Of a DNA stretch of 64,000 bases, positions 1 to 14,384 are shown piece after piece. A program made the translations under genes and the position numbers. Source of the DNA: Tubulanus polymorphus (lineage: Eukaryota; Animalia; Nemertea); assembly GCF_964204645.1 (NCBI RefSeq), contig NC_134026.1:30987432-31051431 (forward strand), written 5' to 3'. Position 1 is the first letter of the stretch; the number at the start of each line of letters is the position of its first letter. Under the pieces are notes generated by a model. That model searched no databases, was not told the DNA's origin, and was given only the letters and a program-made list of their open reading frames with translations.

Positions 1-109
1 ATCTGGAACTCTGCTAACTATCTGGAACTCTGCTGGGATTTTCTGATGTCATCATAGCTGCTAAATTCGTCATCAGTTATTGTCTGGTCATCTCATCTCA
101 TGGCTTCAT

Positions 110-3100
110 TTTGAAACATTCAGCTGGAAAGAAATGATATTTTTGAGGTGTACAATCCGTTCGAACATCTTATTATTTTACATGGAGAAGTTAAAATCAG
201 TCCCTGTCGTTTACAATTGCAATAATTGTATTATTTGATCAGTGATTGTCAATAAACCCCCGATTGATTAGTATTAGTAGCGTTAGTTAATCACTATTTA
301 AGACAGTGATCATTAACGTAGATTTCTCTGATACAAGATCAGTTAACGTTGATTTTATACAAAGTCCGCAGTGTCTTTAAAAAGACATTGAGATCCTACT
401 GAACCTCATTGTCCGAGGAGTTTTGATTTTCTTTTGACATTTTTCGGGGCTGTCTATTCTAAGACGATTTTTCTTTGATTAGGCGGGAAAAGGACTAATT
501 GGAGTTTGTTAAGTTGGGAGCTAATAGAGAGACTGGTAACGCCACCTATTGCTCAGGCCTTTTAGTCTCTGCGCTCTGATAGGAATAGACAGTACTAAAA
601 GGTGGATGTGCGAGTTCTAGGCGACTGGTAACGCCACCTATCGCTCGTCACCATCCTACCTTTAGCACTGAGAGTTGGGAGCTATAGGAAGGCTGGTAGC
701 GCCACCTATTATTGCTCAGGCACCATAGTCTCTGCGCACTTACCCGATGCTCTGATCAAAGTTTAATGTATTTTTAGTTTTAGGGGAGTTTTTGAGATCT
801 AAGAGCTATAGGAAGGCTGGTAGCGCCACCTATTGCTCGGACACCATCATCTCCGCACACTTACCCGAAGCTCTGATTGTAAGGTTTCAGTGATCTTGGG
901 AGAGTTTGAGAGGATGGTAGCACCACCTATTGGTCAGGAATGGTCTACTCTTTGTCTCTGATAAGGCTGAATGCGTGGCTACCACAAGTGGCCAAGTGTC
1001 AAGTCAAACACAACTCATTGTGATAAGTAATTACAGTCTCATGGATGAAACCAACTTCTTATTAATGCATTTCAAGAGGCACAAAATGTGACAGAACACT
1101 TTTAAACCAGTGTGCACTAAATATCAGTAAATCATATGAAAATATCAACTTGTCATCAAAAAGTGAAGCTTTGATTGAAAGAGATCTTGAAATGACTCTT
1201 TTTGAAATTGAGATTCCACAAACAAAGATTGAGCCTTCAGTAAGAAGACATTTCAAATATTGTCAAAACTCTTGATATTGAGAATCAAGTAACAAAGATT
1301 CACTGACAACACTTGATATATCAATATCTACTAATTGATGATATATCAAAATACTGATAGAAGTGACACAGTAATTAGCAACTAACATTCATAATTTCAC
1401 ATCAAAGGTTTCTCAAATTCTTTTTCATGGATGATATTATCAGCGACTGGCTCTGAAATTCTCGATATCCTACAGTTTTTTTCAGTCAATAAGAAAAACA
1501 CAAAAATTCTAATGAGTTTTTTCCGTCAAATAGAAAAAACAGAACTGAAGTTTTTCCGTCAAAATGAAAAACTCAATGTTAAGTGATACAGTAATTTTGT
1601 ATTTCAAGTTTCAGATGAAATAGCGACAACCATTATTCATGCAGGTTTCATCTCTCAAATATTATTAGTCTGGTTTTCTGAATTCAAACTTAAGGAGTAG
1701 CGCAGCAGCAGCAGCAGCAGCACCAAACAAACATAGAAATCACCAAATAATTTTGAGAAATTCTTTCACATTTTAACTGATGACATTCAGAATACAATAC
1801 ATGTGATTAAAACAAATATAATGATTATGCAAATGAGATTGGAGAGAGTGCCACAAATGAATCGGGACTTTCATCTAATACGAGCACGCTGAAAACAGAA
1901 ACATGTGTTAAATTGAATGAGGCAAACCATAATGTATAAGACACGAATGAGTTCGCGGTGGTCCTTTTTGACCGGTTAAACTGACTTAACAAAGAAAGAA
2001 TGGTGAAATGTTGAATTGTAAATTTGTACTCGGAGAAGTCCCAAAACGACACCTCATCACTCATTTATTTTATCTCTAACCTAATCTAAACCGGTGTAAA
2101 TATTGAACTCAACAGAACTTCACATAAAATGAGATTGAATCATTAAGATGAAATTTGAAATATACATCAAAATTACGATATTTTGATAAAGTGCCATTGA
2201 GTGTATAAAGGACTTCAGTCTAATACGAGTACAAACAAATTAACGGTAAAAAATATGTGAAAAATATGAATGAAGGTAAATTGATTGAAATCGAACCATT
2301 TATGCAGAGCATTACATAAAATAACTACTACATAAATAAGTTCACACTAGTGGCCTTGAATTAGACCAGATTGAAACTGATAAATCTTTAGAATTGTACT
2401 CGGACAAGTCCTGTATTAATTTCAAAAAAGGCACTTCATTTTTTTCTAGTTCCTTATCATTCTATTGACACTGGTATCACTGATATTTATTATCAGCAAA
2501 AATATATTAAACTAAATTTGAAGTGAAGTTTCAAAGCGTCAAAGCTTTTACTCACTACACTTTATTTCCAGGGATTTCTACTTTTGATTGTTTGGTGCAA
2601 ATTTAATCAATTAGAGTATTTTAAATAACCAGACATTTTTTCATTTTGACTGAAACCTGCTCCAAGAAGGTTGCGCAGATTTGTATATAATTGATAATAA
2701 ACAGATTAAATTTCTACTTAATTTCAATAATTCTATAAGATATTCATATCTATATAAATATCAATATTCAATATCGAAATTAATTTTTTCGACTTTACTT
2801 CAAATTGAATTCACTTACGGAATTTCATTTTTCAAAACAATGAATTCGAAGGTAAGAACTTCCCTTGATTTTCTGAGAAACAATAGTTTTGTATCGAAAT
2901 GATATTTCATGAACAAAGTGAGAAGGAAATTCAATCGATTCCTTTCAAAATAAAGATATAACTAACAAAGATGGAATGACGATTCTTTTACGATCAATTT
3001 TCACAAGATTCAGACGATTGACTAAGATTAAAATGAGATACTTCAATTGATTCAATTCAACTTTTTAACTTCACTTCTAAAAGCATTTGATCATCATCGA

Positions 3101-4880
3101 TATTGAAATATTGATGTATAAAAATATTGGATTTATTGTGAATCCTTTGCAAAATAGAGATTTCAGTAACTAAGATGGAATGATGATTTTTCTTCAGAAG
3201 ATCAAGATTTCACTATAAATTCTGTAAGTTGACCTTAATTTGCCTAACACTTACTGGGAATCCAGAACTTTCAAACAAGTAAAACTAAATATCAACTCCA
3301 CATCAAAATATGAGGCTTCATTAAAAGAGATCTCGATGATTCTTTTTTAAATTGAGATTGAGAAATCGGTAAGAAAATATTTGGAATATTGCAAATACTT
3401 AAGCGATTACGATTTCAAGTAAAAAAATACTGAACACCCCGAGATTTTACACATTTCTACAGAGACAATTAACAAATTAATTAAAAGAATTTATCTTTAA
3501 GAATTTATTTCAAATTGAGGAATAGGAACTTTGACGATAAAATGATTAAAACAGAGCTTGCGGAGATGATCTTATTACACGTAAAGGCACAAGACAAGCG
3601 TGCTCACCACTGAACCGATAGAACTTAAGTCTAATTAGTCAGTGATTAAACAGCGCTTGATTTCGTTATACAAAATACTATGAGAAACTAGTAACTATTT
3701 TAAACAGTTTCTAGTTTCTATAATACACCTTTCACAGAGCTCACAGAGACAATTTGAACTTTGTTAGTAGGATTTAGGGGGGCTAGCGATCGAACTAATG
3801 GTTATACACCTTCATATAATCTTTTCAGTCAAACAAACTGTAACAACTAATATTCTATATTATATTCTCTCCTATATTGAGTCACATTATTTCTCTATCA
3901 CAGAACTTTATAAAGATAAACGTTTAATACTTTTTGGGCTAGTGAGACTATGTTTAGTTAGTACATCTAGCCAAGTGAACTAGCGTCCACGCGACTAGTG
4001 ACTAAACAGCTTATAAAATACTATAACGAGACAACTTATTTTCAGACGCTGCAAGCGTGCTCAGCATTAGACCTAGAGAACAAGTCAACTAGGCTAAAAT
4101 ATACACCTTTTAACAGTTACACATTTCAGAACAGATACTGAATTCATAACAGCTTACAATGATTTAAGGCAAGCTCATTAAACCACTCAACATTTACAAG
4201 ATTATTACTGATCAATAACTATATCAAATTACTGCTTGGCAGATGTAATAAGAATTTACTAACACTTTTACAAAGCAAGTTCTTTCTATCTTAACACACG
4301 AGTAAAGCTAATATACGTTATATTAATTCCAGCACAGAGCTAACAGAGACAAGATCTTTTTTTGAACGATTTTGTTAGCAAAATTTTGGCCCAATAGAGG
4401 TTTTGTTATGAGGCTGATAAAGAGAAAAGTCGTTTTACGATCTTTTCCTTTAAGTTTTCTTATGTGAAGTAATGATTGTGAACTCGTGCGGTGCAGACAC
4501 AGAACATCGTTTAACGATTTTGTGTCATTTGGATGATTTTTTTTCTTTTCACTTTCAGTTAGATATTAAGCGTTAGAAATCTAAGTTTTTTGAGAGGAGC
4601 TTTTAAAAAAGCTTTTCGACACCTCATTCTTAGTGTATTTTTACACATTCTACTTTTGGGTTTTGTAAACCCTGTAGCGCTCCACTCTATCCTTTCTCTC
4701 CCGCAATAGAAAAATAAATCAAACTTAGCTTTTTTATATTGCGACAATCATCAGTGTGGATCAACTGCGAGGTAGTGTGGATCAACTGGTGGTTCCACGA
4801 TGCATCTGTTGGATTCTTCTGGTAGTATTTATGAACATGACTGTGCTAATTCCGCAGCATTACTTATCGTCTAGATTTAT
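110..4880. repeat. Macro tandem repeat copy 1 (~4.64 kb non-coding unit plus 127-bp junction segment)
   Basis: Sequence from 110 recurs at 4881 and 9701 (periods 4771 and 4820) with ~98-99% identity. Only short ORFs. Unit ends at ...gcgacaatcatca (4753), followed by junction gtgtggatcaactgcgaggtagtgtggatcaactgg...ctagatttat. Confidence 0.9.
516..960. repeat. Internal sub-repeat cluster: 5 diverged copies of a ~90-130 bp unit carrying the motif GGTA(A/G)CGCCACCTAT(T/C)GCTC
   Basis: Motif at ~536, 627, 692, 817, 907. Same block recurs in copies 2 and 3 at ~5287-5735 and ~10087-10535. Confidence 0.8.
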
Positions 4881-7800
4881 TTTGAAACATTCAGCTGGAA
4901 AGAAATGATATTTTTGAGGTGTACAATCCGTTCGAACATCTTATTATTTTACATGGAGAAGTTAAAATCCGTCCTTGTCGTTTACAATTGCAATAATTGT
5001 ATTATTTGATCAGTGATTGTCAATAAACCCCCGATTGATTAGTATTAGTAGCGTTAGTTAATCACTATTTAACACAGTGATCATTAACGTAGATTTCTCT
5101 GATACAAGATCAGTTAACGTTGATTTTATACAAAGTCCGCAGTGTCTTTAAAAAGACATTGAGATCCTACTGAACCTCATTGTCCGAGGAGTTTTGATTT
5201 TCTTTTGACATTTTTCGGGGCTGTCTATTCTAAGACGATTTTTCTTTGATTAGGCGGGAAAAGGACTAATTGGAGTTTGTTAAGTTGGGAGCTAATAGAG
5301 AGACTGGTAACGCCACCTATTGCTCAGGCCTTTTAGTCTCTGCGCTCTGATAGGAATAGACAGTACTAAAAGGTGGATGTGCGAGTTCTAGGCGACTGGT
5401 AACGCCACCTATCGCTCGTCACCATCCTACCTTTAGCACTGAGAGTTGGGAGCTATAGGAAGGCTGGTAGCGCCACCTATAATTGCTCAGGCACCATAGT
5501 CTCTGCGCACTTACCTGATGCTCTGATCAAAGTTTAATGTATTTTTAGTTTTAGGGGAGTTTTTGAAATCTAAGAGCTATAGGAAGGCTGGTAGCGCCAC
5601 CTATTGCTCGGACACCATCATCTCCGCACACTTACCCAAAGCTCTGATTGTAAGGTTTCAGTGATTTTGGGAGAGTTTGAGAGGATGGTAGCGCCACCTA
5701 TTGCTCAGGAATGGTCTACTCTTCGTCCCTGATAAGGCTGAATGCGTGGCTACCACAAGTGGCCAAGTGTCAAGTCAAACACAACTCATTGTGATAAGTA
5801 ATTACAGTCTCATGGATGAAACCAACTTCTTATTAATGCATTTCAAGAGGCACAAAATGTGACAGAACACTTTTAAACCAGTGTGCACTAAATATCAGTA
5901 AATCATATGAAAATATCAACTTGTCATCAAAAAGTGAAGCTTTGATTGAAAGAGATCTTGAAATGACTCTTTTTGAAATTGAGATTCCACAAACAAAGAT
6001 TGAGCCTTCAGTAAGAAGACATTTCAAATATCGTCAAAACTCTTGATATTGAGAATCTAGTGACAAAGATTCACTGACTGCACGTGATATATCAATATCT
6101 ACTAATTGACGATATATCAAAATACTGATAGAAGTGACACAGTAATTAAACTAACATTCATAATTTCACATCAAAAGTTTCTCAAATTCTTTTTCATGGA
6201 TGATATTATCAGAGGACTGGCTCTGAAATTCTCGATATCCTACAGTGTTTTTCAGTCAAAAAGAAAAACACAAAAATTCTAATGAGTTTTTTCCGTCAAA
6301 TTGAAAAAAACAGAATTGAAGTTTTTCCGTCAAAATGAAAAACTCAATGTTAAGTGATACAGTAATTTTGTATTTCAAGTTTCAGATGAAATAGCGACAA
6401 CCATCATTCATGCAGGTTTCATCTCTCAAATATTATTAGTCTGGTTTTCTGAATTCAAACTTAAGGAGTAGCGCAGCAGCAGCAGCAGCAGCAGCAGCAA
6501 ACAAACATAGAAATCACCAAATAATTTTGAGAAACTCTTTCACATTTTAACTGATGACATTCAGAATACAATACATGTGATTAAAACAAATATAATGATT
6601 ATGCAAATGAGAGTGGAGAGAGTGCCACAAATGAATCGGGACTTTCATCTAATACGAGCACGCTGAAAACAGAAACATGTATTAAATTGAATGAGGCAAA
6701 CCATTATGTATAAGACATGAATGAGTTCGCGGTGGTCCTTTTTGACCGGTTAAACTGACTTAACAAATAAAGAATGGTGAAATGTTGAATTGTAAATTTG
6801 TACTCGGAGAAGTCCCAAAACGACACCTCACCACTCATTTATTTTATCTCTAACCTAATGCTATTAATAGAACTCCACACAAAAAAACATAAAACAGCCT
6901 TAAATAAATGATATTGAATATGAATTTTACCTCAAAATACCTCAAAATTACTATATTTTGAAAAAGTGCCATTGAATGTTGAAGGACTTCAGTCTAATAC
7001 GAGTACAAACAAATTAACGGTAAAAATATATTCAAAATTTGAATGAAGGTAAATTGATTGAAATCGAACCATTTATGCAGAGCATTACATAAAATAACTA
7101 CTACATAAATAAGTTCACACTAGTGGCCTTGAATTAGACAAGATTGAAACTGATAAATCTTTAGAATTGTACTCGGACAAGTCCTGTATTTATTTCAAAA
7201 AAGGCACTTCATTTTTTTCTAGTTCCTTATCATTCTATTGACACTGGTATCACTGATATTTATTATCAGCAAAAATATATTAAACTAAATTTGAAGTGAA
7301 GTTTCAAAGCGTCAAAGCTTTTACTCACTACACTTTATTTCAAGGGATTTCTACTTTTGATTGTTTGGTGCAAATTTAATCAATTAGAGTATTTTAAATA
7401 ACCAGACATTTTTTCATTTTGACTGAAACCTGCTCCAAGAAGGTTGCGCAGATTTGTATTAAATTGATAATAAACTGATCAAATTTCTACTTAATGTCAA
7501 TAATTCTATAAGATATTCATATCTATATAAATATCAATATTCAATATCGATATTAATTTTTTTGACTTTACTTCAAATTGAATTCATTTACGGAATTTCA
7601 TTTTTCAAAACAATGAATTCGAAGGTAAGAACTTCCCTTGATTTTCTGAGAAACAATAGTTTTGTATCGAAATGATATTTCATGAACAAAGTGAGAAGGA
7701 AATTCAATCAATTCCTTTCAAAATAAAGATATAACTAACAAAGATGGAATGACGATTCTTTTACGATCAATTTTCACAAGATTCAGACGATTGACTAAGA

Positions 7801-9700
7801 TTATATTTACATTCGAAATTACATGAACAAAATGAGAAACTTCAATTGATTCAATTCAACTTTTTAACTTCACTTCTAAAAGCATTTGATCATCATCGAT
7901 ATTGAAATATTGATGTATAAAAATATTGGATTCATTGTGAATCTTTTGCAAAATAGAGATTTCAGTAACTAAGATGGAATGGTGAGTCTTCTTTAGAAGA
8001 TCAAGATTTCACTATAAATTCTCTAAGTTGATCTTAATTTACCTAACACTTACTGGGGAATCCAGAACTTTCAAACAAGTAAAACTAAATATCAACTCCA
8101 CATCAAAATATGAGGCTTCATTAAAAGAGATCTCGATGATTCTTTTTTAAATTGAGATTGAGAAATCGGTAAGAAAATATTTGGAATATTGCAAATACTT
8201 AAGCGATTACGATTTCAAGTAAAAAAATACTGAACACCCCGAGATTTTACACATTTCTACAGAGACAATTAACAAATTAATTAAAAGAATTTATTATTAA
8301 GAATTTATTTCAAACTGAGGAATAGGAACTTTGACGATAAAATGATTAAAACAGAGCTCGCGGAGATGATCTTATTACATGTAATGGCACAAGACAAGCG
8401 TGCTCACCACTGAACCGATAGAACTTAAGTCTAATTAGTCAGTGATTAAACAGCGCTTGATTTCGTTATACAAAATACTATGAGAAACTAGTAACTATTT
8501 TAAACAGTTTCTAGTTTCTATAATACACCTTTAACAGAGCTCACAGAGACAATTTGAACTTTGTTAGTAGGATTTAGGGGGGCTAGCGATCGAACTAATG
8601 GTTATACACCTTCATATAATCTTTTCAGTCAAACAAACTGTAACAACTAATATTCTATATTATATTCTCTCCTATATTGAGTCACATTATTTCTCTATCA
8701 CAGAACTTTATAAAGATGATGTTTAATACTTTTGGGCTAGTGAGACTATGTTTAGTTAGTACATCTAGCCAAGTGAACTAGCGTCCACGCGACTAGTGAC
8801 TAAACAGCTTATAAAATACTATAACGAGACAACTTATTTTCAGACGCTGCAAGCGTGCTCAGCATTAGACCTAGAGAACAAGTCAACTAGGCTAAAATAT
8901 ACACCTTTTAACAGTTACACATTTCAGAACAGATACTGAATTCAAAACAACTTACAATGATTTAAGGCAAGCTCATTAAACCACTCAACATTTACAAGAT
9001 TATTACTGATCAATAACTATATCAAATTACTGCTTGGCAGATGTAATAAGAATTTACTAACACTTTTACAAAGCAAGTTCTTTCTATCTTAACACATGAG
9101 TAAAGCTAATATACGTTATATTAATTCCAGCACAGAGCTAACAGAGACAAGATCTTTTTTTGAACGATTTTGTTAGCAAAATTTTGGCCCAATAGAGGTT
9201 TTGTTATGAGGCGATAAAGAGAAAAGTCGTTTTACGATCTTTTCCTTTAAGTTTTCTTATGTGAAGTAATGATTGTGAACTCGTGCGGTGCAGACACAGA
9301 ACATCGTTTAACGATTTTGTGTCATTTGGATGATTTTTTTTCTTTTCACTTTCAGTTAGATATTAAGCGTTAGAAATCTAAGTTTTTTGAGAGGAGCTTT
9401 TAAAAAAGCTTTTCGACACCTCATTCTTAGTGTATTTTTACACATTCTACTTTTGGGTTTTGTAAACCCTGTAGCGCTCCACTCTATCCTTTCTCTCCCG
9501 CAATAGAAAAATAAATCAAACTTAGCTTTTTTATATTGCGACAATCATCAGTGTGGATCAACTGCGAGGTAGTGTGGATCAACTGGTGGTTCCACGATGC
9601 ATCTGTTGGATTCTTCTGGTAGTATTTATGAACATGACTGTGCTAATTCTCCGTAGAATCTTCCGTTGGTCTCGCAGCATTAGTTATCGTCTAGATTTAT
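4881..9700. repeat. Macro tandem repeat copy 2 (plus 150-bp junction containing a ~35-bp extra insertion)
   Basis: Collinear with copy 1. Small indels and SNPs, e.g. (CAG)n length differs at ~6475. Confidence 0.9.
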
Positions 9701-12700
9701 TTTGAAACATTCAGCTGGAAAGAAATGATATTTTTGAGGTGTACAATCCGTTCGAACATCTTATAATTTTACATGGAGAAGTTAAAATCAGTCTCTGTCA
9801 TTTACAATTGCAATAATTGTATTATTTGATCAGTGATTGTCAATAAACCCCCGATTGATTAGTATTAGTAGCGTTAGTTAATCACTATTTAACACAGTGA
9901 TCATTAACGTAGATTTCTCTGATACAAGATCAGTTAACGTTGATTTTATACAAAGTCCGCAGTGTCTTTAAAAAGACATTGAGATCCTACTGAACCTCAT
10001 TGTCCGAGGAGTTTTGATTTTCTTTTGACATTTTTCGGGGCTGTCTATTCTAAGACGATTTTCTTTGATTAGGCGGGAAAAGGACTAATTGGAGTTTGTT
10101 AAATTGGGAGCTAATAGAGAGACTGGTAACGCCACCTATTGCTCAGGCCTTTTAGTCTCTGCGCTCTGATAGGAATAGACAGTACTAAAAGGTGGATGTG
10201 CGAGTTCTAGGCGACTGGTAACGCCACCTATCGCTCGTCACCATCCTACCTTTAGCACTGAGAGTTGGGAGCTATAGGAAGGCTGGTAGCGCCACCTATT
10301 ATTGCTCAGGCACCATAGTCTCTGCGCACTTACCTGATGCTCTGATCAAAGTTTAATGTATTTTTAGTTTTAGGGGAGTTTTTGAAATCTAAGAGCTATA
10401 GGAAGGCTGGTAGCGCCACCTATTGCTCGGACACCATCATCTCCGCACACTTACCCAAAGCTCTGATTGTAAGGTTTCAGTGATTTTGGGAGAGTTTGAG
10501 AGGATGGTAGCACCACCTATTGCTGAGGAATGGTCTACTCTTCGTCTCTGATAAGGCTGAATGCGTGGCTACCACAAGTGGCCAAGTGTCAAGTCAAACA
10601 CAACTCATTGTGATAAGTAATTACAGTCTCATGGATGAAACCAACTTCTTATTAATGCATTTCAAGAGGCACAAAATGTGACAGAACACTTTTAAACCAG
10701 TGTGCACTAAATATCAGTAAATCATATGAAAATATCAACTTGTCATCAAAAAGTGAAGCTTTGATTGAAAGAGATCTTGAAATGACTCTTTTTGAAATTG
10801 AGATTCCACAAACAAAGATTGAGCCTTCAGTAAGACGACATTTCAAATATCGTCAAAACTCTTGATATTGAGAATCTAGTGACAAAGATTCACTGACTGC
10901 ACGTGATATATCAATATCTACTAATTGACGATATATCAAAATACTGATAGAAGTGACACAGTAATTAAACTAACATTCATAATTTCACATCAAAAGTTTC
11001 TCAAATTCTTTTTCATGGATGATATTATCAGAGGACTGGCTCTGAAATTCTCGATATCCTACAGTGTTTTTCAGTCAAAAAGAAAAACACAAAAATTCTA
11101 ATGAGTTTTTTCCGTCAAATAGAAAAAACAGAATTGAAGTTTTTCCGTCAAAATGAAAAACTCAATGTTAAGTGATACAGTAATTTTGTATTTCAAGTTT
11201 CAGATGAAATAGCGACAACCATCATTCATGCAGGTTTCATCTCTCAAATATTATTAGTCTGGTTTTCTGAATTCAAACTTAAGGAGTAGCGCAGGAGTAG
11301 CGCAGCAGCAGCGGCAGCAGCACCAAACAAACATAGAAATCACCAAATAATTTTGAGAAACTCTTTCACATTTTAACTGATGACATTCAGAATACAATAC
11401 ATGTGATTAAAACAAATATAATGATTATGCAAATGAGATTGGAGAGAGTGCCACAAATGAATCGGGACTTTCATCTAATACGAGCACGCTGAAAACAGAA
11501 ACATGTGTTAAATTGAATGAGGCAAACCATTATGTATAAGACATGAATGAGTTCGCGGTGGTCCTTTTTGACCGGTTAAACTGACTTAACAAATAAAGAA
11601 TGGTGAAATGTTGAATTGTAAATTTGTACTCGGAGAAGTCCCAAAACGACACCTCACCACTCATTTATTGTATCTCTAACCTAATGCTATTAATAGAACT
11701 GTACACAAAAAAAACATAAAACAGCCTTAAATAAATGATATTGAATATGAATTTTACCTCAAAATACCTCAAATTACTATATTTTGAAAAAGTGCCATTA
11801 AATGTTGAAGGACTTCAGTCTAATACGAGTACAAACAAATTAACGGTAAAAATATATTCAAAATTTGAATGAAGGTAAATTGATTGAAATCGAACCATTT
11901 ATGCAGAGCATTACATAAAATAACTACTACATAAATAAGTTCACACTAGTGGCCTTGAATTAGACCAGATTGAAACTGATAAATCTTTAGAATTGTACTC
12001 GGACAAGTCCTGTATTTATTTCAAAAAAGGCACTTCATTTTTTTCTAGTTCCTTATCATTCTATTGACACTGGTATCACTGATATTTATTATCAGCAAAA
12101 ATATATTAAACTGAATTTGAAGTGAAGTTTCAAAGCGTCAAAGCTTTTACTCACTACACTTTATTTCAAGGGATTTCTACTTTTGATTGTTTGGTGCAAA
12201 TTTAATCAATTAGAGTATTTTAGATAACCAGACATTTTTTCATTTTGACTGAAACCTGCTCCAAGAAGGTTGCGCAGATTTGTATTAAATTGATAATAAA
12301 CTGATCAAATTTCTACTTAATGTCAATAATTCTATAAGATATTCATATCTATATAAATATCAATATTCAATATCGAAATTAATTTTTTTGACTTTACTTC
12401 AAATTGAATTCATTTACGGAATTTCATTTTTCAAAACAATGAATTCGAAGGTAAGAACTTCCCTTGATTTTCTGAGAAACAATAGTTTTGTATCGAAATG
12501 ATATTTCATGAACAAAGTGAGAAGGAAATTCAATCAATTCCTTTCAAAATAAAGATATAACTAACAAAGATGGAATGACGATTCTTTTACGATCAATTTT
12601 CACAAGATTCAGACGATTGACTAAGATTATATTTACATTCGAAATTACATGAACAAAATGAGATACTTCAATTGATTCAATTCAACTTTTTAACTTCACT

Positions 12701-14379
12701 TCTAAAAGCATTTGATCATCATCGATATTGAAATATTGATGTATAAAAATATTGGATTCATTGTGAATCTTTTGCAAAATAGAGATTTCAGTAACTAAGA
12801 TGGAATGGTGAGTCTTCTTTAGAAGATCAAGATTTCACTATAAATTCTCTAAGTTGATCTTAATTTACCTAACACTTACTGGGGAATCCAGAACTTTCAA
12901 ACAAGTAAAACTAAATATCAACTCCACATCAAAATATGAGGCTTCATTAAAAGAGATCTCGATGATTCTTTTTTAAATTGAGATTGAGAAATCGGTAAGA
13001 AAATATTTGGAATATTGCAAATACTTAAGCGATTACGATTTCAAGTAAAAAAATACTTAACACCCCGAGATTTTACACATTTCTACAGAGACAATTAACA
13101 AATTAATTAAAAGAATTTATCATTAAGAATTTATTTCAAATTGAGGAATAGGAACTTTGACGATAAAATGATTAAAACAGAGCTCGCGGAGATGATCTTA
13201 TTACACGTACTGGCACAAGACAAGCGTGCTCACCACTGAACCGATAGAACTTAAGTCTAATTAGTCAGTGATTAAACAGCGCTTGATTTCGTTATACAAA
13301 ATACTATGAGAAACTAGTAACTATTTTAAACAGTTTCTAGTTTCTATAATACACCTTTCACAGAGCTCACAGAGACAATTTGAACTTTGTTAGTAGGATT
13401 TAGGGGGGCTAGCGATCGAACTAATGGTTATACACCTTCATATAATCTTTTCAGTCAAACAAACTGTAACAACTAATATTCTATATTATATTCTCTCCTA
13501 TATTGAGTCACATTATTTCTCTATCACAGAACTTTATAAAGATAAACGTTTAATACTTTTTGGGCTAGTGAGACTATGTTTAGTTAGTACATCTAGCCAA
13601 GTGAACTAGCGTCCACGCGACTAGTGACTAAACAGCTTATAAAATACTATAACGAGACAACTTATTTTCAGACGCTGCAAGCGTGCTCAGCATTAGACCT
13701 AGAGAACAAGTCAACTAGGCTAAAATATACACCTTTTAACAGTTACACATTTCAGAACAGATACTGAATTCAAAACAACTTACAATGATTTAAGGCAAGC
13801 TCATTAAACCACTCAACATTTACAAGAATATTACTGATCAATAACTATATTAAATTACTGCTTGGCAGATGTAATAAGAATTTACTAACACTTTTACAAA
13901 GCAAGTTCTTTCTATCTTAACACACGAATAAAGCTAATATACGTTATATTAATTCCAGCACAGAGCTAACAGAGACAAGATCTTTTTTTGAACGATTTTG
14001 TTAGCAAAATTTTGGCCCAATAGAGGTTTTGTTATGAGGCTGATAAAGAGAAAAGTCGTTTTACGATCTTTTCCTTTAAGTTTTCTTATGTGAAGTAATG
14101 ATTGTGAACTCGTGCGGTGCAGACACAGAACATCGTTTAACGATTTTGTGTCATTTGGATGATTTTTTTTCTTTTCACTTTCAGTTAGATATTAAGCGTT
14201 AGAAATCTAAGTTTTTTGAGAGGAGCTTTTAAAAAAGCTTTTCGACACCTCATTCTTAGTGTATTTTTACACATTCTATTTTTGGGTTTTGTAAACCCTG
14301 TAGCGCTCCACTCTCTCCTTTCTCTCCCGCAATAGAAAAATAAATCAAACTTAGCTTTTTTATATTGCGACAATCATCA
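9701..14379. repeat. Macro tandem repeat copy 3 (array ends at 14379 without a junction segment)
   Basis: Collinear with copies 1 and 2. Diverges after caatcatca at 14379. Confidence 0.9.
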
Positions 14380-14384
14380 CTGGG

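Noticed and set aside
1062-1256. 64-aa ORF recurring at 5833-6027 and 10652-10846, and 62-aa ORF at 4559, 9356 and 14185
   Set aside because: They recur only because they lie in the macro-repeat. No domain resemblance, no start context. Copy 3 carries substitutions indifferent to the frame.
110-14379. Macro-repeat as rDNA, histone or SL-RNA/5S cluster, or as a CRISPR-like array
   Set aside because: No 18S, 5.8S or 28S signatures, no histone ORFs, no 5S or SL-RNA consensus (only a weak AATTTTGG Sm-like site at ~4385). The sequence is clearly eukaryotic, with a 4.8-kb unit and non-unique spacers, so not CRISPR.
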